IMG/VR virus record: IMGVR_UViG_3300018890_000001
Coordinates: 96,628 to 160,627 of that record
Length of the DNA: 64,000 nt
DNA from: a virus
Reading direction: 5' to 3' (one strand)
Shown here: positions 56,123 to 64,000 of the stretch, one piece after another
How the letters are laid out: every line of letters starts with the position of its first letter
Numbering within the stretch: the stretch's first letter is position 1
Made by a program: the position numbers and the translations under genes
Notes under the pieces: model-generated
What the model was told of the DNA's origin: nothing
Seen by the model: the letters and a program-made list of their open reading frames with translations, nothing else
Database searches by the model: none

Positions 56123-59100
56123 ATGTCCGACCAGTACGGCTTAGAGTCGAATTTTAAATTTGCTGCCTCCAGCAACTCGTTTTCACAGATGGATCGCGTG
56201 ATCGCGCTGTTGGAAGGAATAGAGAAAGCGACCAAAGACACTGCCCAGACGATCGCCAACACGAGTCTGGGGAAAGACTTGATGAAGTCGCTCAATGCTG
56301 ATGGAGTGAAGCGGGAAGGGAAAGAGATCCAGGGTGCTGTCAAGCAGATCGGTAACGCGCTAAGTCCTTTGAAAGCTGAGTTCCGCGCTTTGCGCGCTGA
56401 GTCTCGGAATATTGACTTTGGCGACATGACCGACACACATCAGTTTAAGCAAGCCGCCAGTGAAGTCGATCGTTACATCAAAAAACTGAAAGAGCTAGAA
56501 AACCAGATTAGTGGGGATTCTCCGGGCGATCGAGAATTCAAAGCTGGACTGCAATCGCAGCAGCGAGCGGCTGGCAACAAAGTGCAAATGGCGAAAGCGA
56601 ACCGAGATGCGGCGCTGGCGACCGAACGATTAAGTTTTTCGCAAGCAGTTCAAGGTGCTGGACAAGGAGTGATAGATACTTTCTCCGATCCCTTAGCGGC
56701 AGCAATGGAATTGCAACAAAGCCTGGGTGGTGTCAAAAAATTAGCAGATGATTTGAGCGCGGCTGGAGCACAAACTTTACAAAATCAAGTATTTAACTTA
56801 TCGGCCAGACTTGGCATCGAAGATACTAAAGTTGCTTCCATTTTTGAAGACTTGGCTGGTTCTGGTAAAAAGTTTGGGGATGAGATGGGTGGTGTTGGCT
56901 CTCGAATTGCCGAAGTTGAACAGATCTTAAAAAACCAACAAGCACTTGATATTAGTGAAGGTGCAGCTACGCAGTTAGATGTGACGTTGGGTTCAATTTA
57001 TAAAAATTTAGTATCTAAAGATCCGAATGCAATTGTTGAACTGAACGCTAGAGTCGCCTCTAGTGTTAACGAGCTTGCTGATAAATTAAGCGATGTAAGG
57101 ATTTCGGCAGAAGATGTTATCCCAGTGATGAACGTCGTCATGAATACTGTCGGTGACGCAGCCAACTTCCCTATTGATCAAATCGCAGCTTATTCTGCGG
57201 CGATCGCCTCGCTAGGAACAATTGAGCCGGAAGCAGCGGGTTCGTTCTTTAACCGTTTGAGCGCCAAGATGTCTGAGAATACTGCGGCATTCGCTGGTGC
57301 CTTAAACATAAGCTCTGAGGAGTTTGAACGCAAACTAAATACCGATAAGTTAGGTGTAGTTACTGATTTAGCAGAAGCATATAAAAATGTTCAAGGTGGG
57401 GAACTAAAACAAGGCTCTTTCTTTGCGTCAATCGGTATTGGTTCGGTGCAAGATCAAAAGTTATTACAAGGTTTATCTAACAATCTAGATACCTTGAGAT
57501 CGGCTGCTGTCGTGTCCAAGGCTGGATTCATGGGTAAAGAAGTACATGAAACAATTGACGCTACTGGCAAAAAGGTAATGAGTTTAGGTGAAAATCTTAA
57601 ACAATTATCGATAGACAAAGAAGTCGCGAATAGATTGCAGCAGGCTGATTTCCAATCTAAGCGATTTGAAACATCTCTGAAAGCGCTTAAAGACACATTG
57701 GGATCTGCGGTGGTGTCTGTACTCACGCCGTTAATGTCTATAGCTTCAGATATTATTGGTGCTTTTATATCGCTAACACAGATTGCTCCTGGGCTAACAA
57801 AGGTTGTTGCTTCACTTACTTTTGGTGCTGGTGCATTAGCTGTAGCAATAGGTGGTGCTGGTGTTGCACTGTTTACTTTCCAACAAGCACAGGCTGTCGC
57901 CACAACGGCCGCGATCACGATGCAAAGTAGCTTAATACCGCTGACTGGATTTTTTCAAACTTCGATGAACGCATTCAAGGGTACATTCCCTTGGACGAAC
58001 GCATTTAAACAGTCAACCGTAGTTGCGGAAGAGTTTGGGGTTGCTGCCAATGGTGCGAAAGGATTAATTGCAGGAGAACTGCAAACAGCATTTATCGGAT
58101 TGCGCGCTCAAGTAATGATGACCAGTCAAGCTGCACTAGGGATGGGCAGAGCATTTATGCTGTCACCACTTGGTATCGCTGTTGGCTCATTCTTGCTGCT
58201 CGACCAACTGCTGCAAAGAGCAAACCCTCAAGTGCGACTGCTCGGTACTTTGTTTAGCGTGTTCAGTTCCGTCGCTGGTTTTGCATTCGGAATTTTGGAA
58301 GGCTTCGTCGGTGCGTTTCTTAAACTGCTGAAAGTACCTGCCGGAGTTGCCGGAGGATTGCTTGCGTCACCGTTCACAGCGATCGCCCAAGCTTTAGAGT
58401 TTGCGATGGAAAGCTTCAAAAACTGGGAGCGCTCCGGGAAACACATAGGTGAAAGCATTTTCAATATTTTGGCGAATCCGTTTATCTTTGCTGCCAGTGC
58501 GACCGCTGGCGCGTGGGATAAAACAATCAGCTTTATTGCAGGATTGTTGAAGCCGTTGGCTGACCTCGCAGCTTACATCGGTCACTTTATCCAAGGTTCT
58601 TTGTCTGAGGCGTCACCCGGACCTTCTTTGATGACGCGCAAGAATTGGGCGTTTACCGCAGCTTCAATGGTCGGTAGTTTCCTGTTAATGCAAGTCTCGT
58701 CAATAGTTACAGGTACAGCAATCCGAAAAGCTATGGGTGCAGCAGCAGCTTGGGTTGTAACAAACTGGCAAACAGCGGTTACAAACGTTAACAGTTTCTT
58801 CTCAGGATTGACGCTGCCCGACACACTCACCAACTTCGCTACCGAGATCGGTAACGCCTGGAACAATACTTTCGGGATGATGGCAAGTGGCTGGACTAAT
58901 TTTGTCAATGTTTTCACATCCACAACGCCTGACTTTGGTGGTCTGGCATTCGCTGGTATGGCAGCGATGAAACCATTACTTGCCTGGGGTTTGCCCGACA
59001 TCGTTTCAGAGAATTTCGACAAAATAACCCAACCTCGATCGCCCGCAGTATCGCCCGCAACCGCACCGCAAATACAACAGCCCCCAACAGTAACGCAACC

Positions 59101-62100
59101 AGAACCTATACTTCAGATCTCAGAACAAGTTCAGGAAACGCAAACAATCTGGCAGCAGATGTGGACTAGGATTGGTGACTTGACTCAGCAAGGGATCGAT
59201 CGAGTTCGTCGGGCGATCGAAACGAATCTCGGTGCCGGAGTGCTTGCTTTTGTCGATAAACTTGGGGTAATCGTCACTACCTTTGTTCAACATTACATCA
59301 CGATTGCAGACGCTTTTAAGGGACAAGGCGGAAATAACTTTGCTGCACCTTTTGTTGGAGCCGCTTTAATTATATGGGAAACCGCTAAAGCTGCTGGTGC
59401 GCTTAGTAAAGAGTTTATGCACTTTGAAGAAGGCTTTCTTCACAAGGTGATTGATAACTTTAACCTTCTGGGATTTACTGCATTAATGCTGTCATCAATG
59501 TTGATGAATTTAGTGACAGTACCTTTTGAATCTTTGAGAGCGTTACCAGGACTTCTTGGTCTAATTACTGGTGGAGTCTTGTCATTTTTTGGGCTAGGTA
59601 GTCAAAAGCTTTTAGAAGAAGGTGCGAGTAAATATGTTAGTTTCCTCAAGGTGTTCGATCGCCCAGGGATTGGAACGGCAATCGCTAAAGGCTTGCCAGG
59701 TATTGTGGCAATACTGATGGGAATGAACGTATTTGAGGATTTAACCCAGCAATGGACAGCAACTTTAATTGGATGGTCTAATACCTTACCTCAGATAGTA
59801 GAGGGTGCCGTAGTCGGTCTTGAAAGCGTTTTCAATCTTGTCGAGCCGTTACTTCGCTCTGTTTACCCAGAAGGTATCAATATATTTCCAGCAGAAGAAG
59901 TGCGCGGTCAAATCTATGCAACTCTTGGCGAAGTAGGTGCTATTTTTGCAACTTTTTGGCAAAACATTGCAACTTCGGCAGGTAAGGTCGGTGACGCTAT
60001 TAAGCCAATCTTTGAGGCGATCGCCACAGTCAAACTAATGACCGTCCCGCAGTTATTCGCAAACTACATGGGTTTTGGCGATGCAGTACAACCAGTCACC
60101 AACTTCATTCACAGTCTACCGCTGTTGGGAATGCCGATTGCTGAACTTACGGTAATCGAAGCGGCGATCGGCGCTATTTTTGATTTGCTCAGGAGTCCTA
60201 CGCTTAAAGGGTTTGTTGGGTTTTTGACTGGTCCGCTGTTTAATTCGCTAGTGGTGATCGGAAAAACTTTCTTCACGCTTGGCAGCACTATCGCTATTGC
60301 ATTTTTGGGAATTCCTATTTTTATAGCCAAGAATGCCTTAGAGAAAGCAAGGATTGCTGGAGAGGCAACCAAAAAGGGATTGTTAGCTCCGCTAGTAAAA
60401 GGTGCTACGGTCGCAAAGCAAGCCGTAATAGATCAACTTAGACTTCTGCCTGGAATGATTTCTGGGTTGTTGCGGAAGATTCCAATCATAGGAACTTTCG
60501 TTGCAAGTGCTTTTGATATTGCGATGCGCGGAATTGGAAAAGTATTCGTACTTGCGCAAGAAGCGCTTCCCGGATATTTAGATGCAATGCGTAGTCAGTT
60601 GGGTGTACTGAAAACTGCTTTCGTAGGCTTAGGAGTTGCGCTTCAGGCTGTTGGTATGAGTTTGGTGGGGGCCGCTAAATACATCATCAACGAAGCTTTG
60701 ATACCTCTCGCTGAGGCGATCGGATTTTTGAATCCGTTCAAACTTATAGCGTTGTACGCCCAAACAAAAGGTTTGCAAGGCGTGACTAAAGGTGTTAACC
60801 CGATCGACTTGGCTGTAACCGGAATTGATGATGCGTTCGTTGCTATAAGCACAAAACTTGGTGCGTTTGGAAAACTAGAAGGGGAAGCACTGAAAACAGC
60901 TCAGGGTGCTTTTAGACCGTTGAGTAATCTTTTGTCAGCCTCAGTGTCAACAACAGCCAAAAACATTGCCGATCAAGCTAAGAATGTGGCAGGTGCGGTG
61001 GCTGGAGGCACAGGTGAAGCAATAGATAGAGCGTTCCCGATTCGAGTGTTGAGTGCGAAGTTGCTGGCGGTTCGCAAGACTTATTTAAGCACTAAAGCAG
61101 CGCTAGCCTACGACAAAGCTTATGTTATGGGATTTAACTTAGGTCCGGTAACAGAAGGCTTTGTTTTGATGCGGGCCGTATTTGTTCCGATGCTGCAAAT
61201 AGTTGCTCGTGCAGCGTTTTCTTGGATGACCTATTACACGGTACTAGAAGCGATTACTCCTGCGTTGTTAAATACCGTTGATGCTTTTGCAAGAGCGCAT
61301 ACTGAATTGGGATTTTTCTCGAAAATCATACTTGGCACTACCTTCATCCTCCGAGTGCTGCGTTTTGCGGTAGTAGATACGACTAATGCAGTAATAAAAT
61401 TTAGTACAACCTTCTTTAAGACATTTCAAGTCCTTGCACCCATCGTCGGAAAAACTGCTGGAATTATTGCTTACGGAATCGGATTAATTATCAAAGGTGC
61501 AACTCTAGGTGTTCAAACTCTGATGACGGTCATGTTACTACCTGTGGTGGCTGTCAGTAAAGTCATGCAGGGAATTCTGATTGCCGTTAAATATGTTACG
61601 CAGCAAATAGCAGCAGAAGTTGCTTCATTCGGACAACTGTTTGGAAACTTGTTATCAGCAATTACTAGAGGTGATGTTGTTGGTAGTATAGTCGCACTTG
61701 GCCGCTTGATTCCTACACTTATTCAGTTCGGAATGGCGATCGGCTTTTTTAAACTGAGTCGTTTTGTGACTGCGGGGGTAATTTTTCTTGCTGGTGCGGC
61801 TGTGCGGACAGCTAAAGATGGTATTACATTATTTGTAACTTCTATTGTTCCTTATACGTTTAATCTTGCTAGACGTGTGGGAATGGCGATTACGCACGGA
61901 ATTGTCGTTGGAGCAAAGCAGGGTGCTTCTACTTTGTTTTTCATTTTTGCAGCGTTAGATCGTGCGATTACTAGAACTGGAAATTACGTTGCTAACGCCG
62001 TAGGTATTGTAGGTGAAAACTTAGCGCAAATGCGGGCTTGGGCGGCGGTTGGTTTAGCTACATTAGGTGCGATTGGTGCTGCGATATATATTGTTGGAAG

Positions 62101-64000
62101 TCATTTTAATGTCGTTGCGCGCTCAATCCAATTTTTTGGGTTACTGGGTGGGTCGATGAGTCTACCGATGATTGCTGGCTTAAGTGCGATCATCTTTTTG
62201 TTTTTGCAAACCCAGGATGGTTTCAGAGAACTCAACGCCATGATTGATGCGCTCAACCATCCTGTGAAATGGTTGCAAGACAGCATGGCAAACATCGCGA
62301 AAACGTTTTCAGGTGGAATTAATACCGACTGGATCGCCTTCTTTGTCGAAAAACTAATCCGCGTCATCCCGATCGTGCTTGGTGGTATCTTCTTACTCGG
62401 CTTCGCAGTCAAAAAGCACATCTTCGGTGGTTTCATGCTGGTTTGGGATGTTGTCAAAGGAATTGCCAATAGCTTGATTAATGTCGTGCGATCTGCGAAG
62501 GCGATTCCAGGTGCAGTTATGGGGATTGGTACGGAAGGACGGATCTTAGAAGGTGTCCACAAAACCAGGTCTACCCTGGGACTGTACAAAAATCCGCAAT
62601 CCAAAGACGCGCGTGGAAATGAATTTAAACTCGCCAAAGAATCCGCAATGCTCAGGGAAAAAGTAATTGGAAATTCCCAAGCACAGATTGTTACATTGGC
62701 GCAGCAGCAAAAAACAGATTACGGTCATCTCGCTCGCGAAGTTGAAGTTACAAAAGGTGGCTTTCTTGGCGTCGGTGCGCGCAAGCAAAAAGAATGGCAA
62801 TTGACTGGCGCAGGTGAAGAATTTCAACAGAAGCGGTTGGCTGAAACTCTTGAGGCTAAGACTGGTGTTTTTGGGAATAACGCTTTAAGAGATGTCGCTA
62901 AAGAAATCTCTCCTGCGCGTTTGGGAATGATGCAAGGTGATGAACTGCGGGCGATCTTCATTAAAGATCGACCGGATTTAGCAGCATTAGGTCGTGCTCT
63001 CGAAACAATCAAGACGCAGAACGTTTCAGTGATGAACGTTGCCAGAATGAACAGTGGTAGTGGTAATGGCACAGGTAATCAAAGTATTGAAAATATTAAA
63101 TACGGTAGAGCGGAATTAGAGCGGTTAAATGTCAGAGGGCTAGAAGGTGGTCAAGACAGTTTCGCGTCAACTGAACTCGGTGCTGCTCAAATAACGAAAG
63201 CGCTTAAGAATCTGAATGTTCCAGCAGAACAACTAACGGACAACTATACAAACCTCAGTTCTACAACCCAAAACACGAGAAAGTTCATTGAGCGATTACT
63301 GCAATATCAACTCGCAGCAGCAAGCGGAAAAATAGACAACAAAGCTGCCCAAGGTGTCGCAAGTGCCACGCACTTACAAAATCAATTCAAGCTCGATACT
63401 GTGGACAGGAGCAAGATTGGAGATCCTGCGCAATTCCATGAGTTGATGAAGGATAAGGTTGCTGTATTGCAAGCCGCAATACGTAACGGGAGTCATGCCG
63501 CGCTAAAGGATTTCAATTTTGATGATGTTGCAAATCAGTTGAAAGGTGCAACTAGCGAGGAAGATTATCAGTTGCGATTAAAAGGTGCGATCCAAAACAT
63601 GATGGGGCATCAGCTAAAAACTGTAGAGAACACGTTTAACCAGACACCTACTATTTTTGAGACAGAAGCTTCTAAATTGAGAAGCATTGCAGGGGAAACG
63701 CCAGACAAGATTTCACACGGATTGAAGGGGATCTTTTCGGATGTTATGGGCGGCATTGGTCAAGCATTTACCAATGCAGCAAAAAAACTTCCCGGTCGCA
63801 GAGAGGGATTGTCGAATGAGGCTTTGCGGGCGATCGATCGCCAGATTGCGGGCGTTGCACCGTTACCAGATCAAAGAGCGCAGGATTCGCGACGCTCAAA
63901 GCTCGAAGCAGCTCAGCGTCAGTTACGCGAAGGTCAGTTGAATTCCGAGAAGCAACAGCAAGTCTTGCAGAATATTGCAAATTTGATCCAGCGCGACGTT
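56123..64000 (+). CDS. Tape measure protein (>2626 aa, runs off the window end; absent from ORF track)
   Basis: ATG 56123 (MSDQYGLESNFKF), frame open to 64000; AAMELQQSLGGVKK TMP-like core; long Ala/Gly/Leu amphipathic and hydrophobic stretches. Confidence 0.85.
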   Translation, partial: MSDQYGLESNFKFAASSNSFSQMDRVIALLEGIEKATKDTAQTIANTSLGKDLMKSLNADGVKREGKEIQGAVKQIGNALSPLKAEFRALRAESRNIDFGDMTDTHQFKQAASEVDRYIKKLKELENQISGDSPGDREFKAGLQSQQRAAGNKVQMAKANRDAALATERLSFSQAVQGAGQGVIDTFSDPLAAAMELQQSLGGVKKLADDLSAAGAQTLQNQVFNLSARLGIEDTKVASIFEDLAGSGKKFGDEMGGVGSRIAEVEQILKNQQALDISEGAATQLDVTLGSIYKNLVSKDPNAIVELNARVASSVNELADKLSDVRISAEDVIPVMNVVMNTVGDAANFPIDQIAAYSAAIASLGTIEPEAAGSFFNRLSAKMSENTAAFAGALNISSEEFERKLNTDKLGVVTDLAEAYKNVQGGELKQGSFFASIGIGSVQDQKLLQGLSNNLDTLRSAAVVSKAGFMGKEVHETIDATGKKVMSLGENLKQLSIDKEVANRLQQADFQSKRFETSLKALKDTLGSAVVSVLTPLMSIASDIIGAFISLTQIAPGLTKVVASLTFGAGALAVAIGGAGVALFTFQQAQAVATTAAITMQSSLIPLTGFFQTSMNAFKGTFPWTNAFKQSTVVAEEFGVAANGAKGLIAGELQTAFIGLRAQVMMTSQAALGMGRAFMLSPLGIAVGSFLLLDQLLQRANPQVRLLGTLFSVFSSVAGFAFGILEGFVGAFLKLLKVPAGVAGGLLASPFTAIAQALEFAMESFKNWERSGKHIGESIFNILANPFIFAASATAGAWDKTISFIAGLLKPLADLAAYIGHFIQGSLSEASPGPSLMTRKNWAFTAASMVGSFLLMQVSSIVTGTAIRKAMGAAAAWVVTNWQTAVTNVNSFFSGLTLPDTLTNFATEIGNAWNNTFGMMASGWTNFVNVFTSTTPDFGGLAFAGMAAMKPLLAWGLPDIVSENFDKITQPRSPAVSPATAPQIQQPPTVTQPEPILQISEQVQETQTIWQQMWTRIGDLTQQGIDRVRRAIETNLGAGVLAFVDKLGVIVTTFVQHYITIADAFKGQGGNNFAAPFVGAALIIWETAKAAGALSKEFMHFEEGFLHKVIDNFNLLGFTALMLSSMLMNLVTVPFESLRALPGLLGLITGGVLSFFGLGSQKLLEEGASKYVSFLKVFDRPGIGTAIAKGLPGIVAILMGMNVFEDLTQQWTATLIGWSNTLPQIVEGAVVGLESVFNLVEPLLRSVYPEGINIFPAEEVRGQIYATLGEVGAIFATFWQNIATSAGKVGDAIKPIFEAIATVKLMTVPQLFANYMGFGDAVQPVTNFIHSLPLLGMPIAELTVIEAAIGAIFDLLRSPTLKGFVGFLTGPLFNSLVVIGKTFFTLGSTIAIAFLGIPIFIAKNALEKARIAGEATKKGLLAPLVKGATVAKQAVIDQLRLLPGMISGLLRKIPIIGTFVASAFDIAMRGIGKVFVLAQEALPGYLDAMRSQLGVLKTAFVGLGVALQAVGMSLVGAAKYIINEALIPLAEAIGFLNPFKLIALYAQTKGLQGVTKGVNPIDLAVTGIDDAFVAISTKLGAFGKLEGEALKTAQGAFRPLSNLLSASVSTTAKNIADQAKNVAGAVAGGTGEAIDRAFPIRVLSAKLLAVRKTYLSTKAALAYDKAYVMGFNLGPVTEGFVLMRAVFVPMLQIVARAAFSWMTYYTVLEAITPALLNTVDAFARAHTELGFFSKIILGTTFILRVLRFAVVDTTNAVIKFSTTFFKTFQVLAPIVGKTAGIIAYGIGLIIKGATLGVQTLMTVMLLPVVAVSKVMQGILIAVKYVTQQIAAEVASFGQLFGNLLSAITRGDVVGSIVALGRLIPTLIQFGMAIGFFKLSRFVTAGVIFLAGAAVRTAKDGITLFVTSIVPYTFNLARRVGMAITHGIVVGAKQGASTLFFIFAALDRAITRTGNYVANAVGIVGENLAQMRAWAAVGLATLGAIGAAIYIVGSHFNVVARSIQFFGLLGGSMSLPMIAGLSAIIFLFLQTQDGFRELNAMIDALNHPVKWLQDSMANIAKTFSGGINTDWIAFFVEKLIRVIPIVLGGIFLLGFAVKKHIFGGFMLVWDVVKGIANSLINVVRSAKAIPGAVMGIGTEGRILEGVHKTRSTLGLYKNPQSKDARGNEFKLAKESAMLREKVIGNSQAQIVTLAQQQKTDYGHLAREVEVTKGGFLGVGARKQKEWQLTGAGEEFQQKRLAETLEAKTGVFGNNALRDVAKEISPARLGMMQGDELRAIFIKDRPDLAALGRALETIKTQNVSVMNVARMNSGSGNGTGNQSIENIKYGRAELERLNVRGLEGGQDSFASTELGAAQITKALKNLNVPAEQLTDNYTNLSSTTQNTRKFIERLLQYQLAAASGKIDNKAAQGVASATHLQNQFKLDTVDRSKIGDPAQFHELMKDKVAVLQAAIRNGSHAALKDFNFDDVANQLKGATSEEDYQLRLKGAIQNMMGHQLKTVENTFNQTPTIFETEASKLRSIAGETPDKISHGLKGIFSDVMGGIGQAFTNAAKKLPGRREGLSNEALRAIDRQIAGVAPLPDQRAQDSRRSKLEAAQRQLREGQLNSEKQQQVLQNIANLIQRDV

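Noticed and set aside
56089-63980. Many minus-strand and short ORFs in the ORF track
   Set aside because: Shadows of the long plus-strand tape measure frame; the same applies to ORFs overlapping the portal, tail, helicase and polymerase genes.
1-64000. tRNA, rRNA, integrase or IS elements
   Set aside because: No cloverleaf/T-loop pattern, tyrosine or serine recombinase, or transposase motifs recognised by eye.

Overview
A 64-kb segment of a large, probably temperate or plasmid-like cyanophage or prophage. It is about 42% GC by eye and saturated with cyanobacterial HIP1-type CGATCG sites. Contractile-tail virion genes (portal, baseplate J-like, gp25-like, tail/baseplate protein, >2600-aa tape measure) are scattered singly on both strands. 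Other genes include a family A DNA polymerase, an SF2 helicase, two divergent beta-clamp-like genes, two Rep-like paralogs, DndB-, BstA-, KilA-, ArdA- and Ocr-like proteins, five orphan antitoxins and many small genes. Most accessory genes are stand-alone cassettes: sigma70 promoter, transcript starting 5'-GTAG(T/C), ORF, long palindromic bidirectional terminator. Main non-coding discoveries: (1) a ~86-nt minus-strand sRNA at 21083-21168 whose 5' arm is antisense to the shared leader of ~28 genes, a candidate master RNA repressor; (2) a cluster of four independently promoted ~50-60-nt sRNAs at 33966-34545 plus a fifth at 27487; (3) two 18-bp inverted-repeat/AT-rich origin-like elements, one beside each Rep-like paralog, whose core is flipped between the two loci; (4) terminators placed directly before the start codons of virion genes. 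No integrase, tRNA, rRNA or CRISPR array was seen. All protein family calls come from motif recognition by eye, not database searches.
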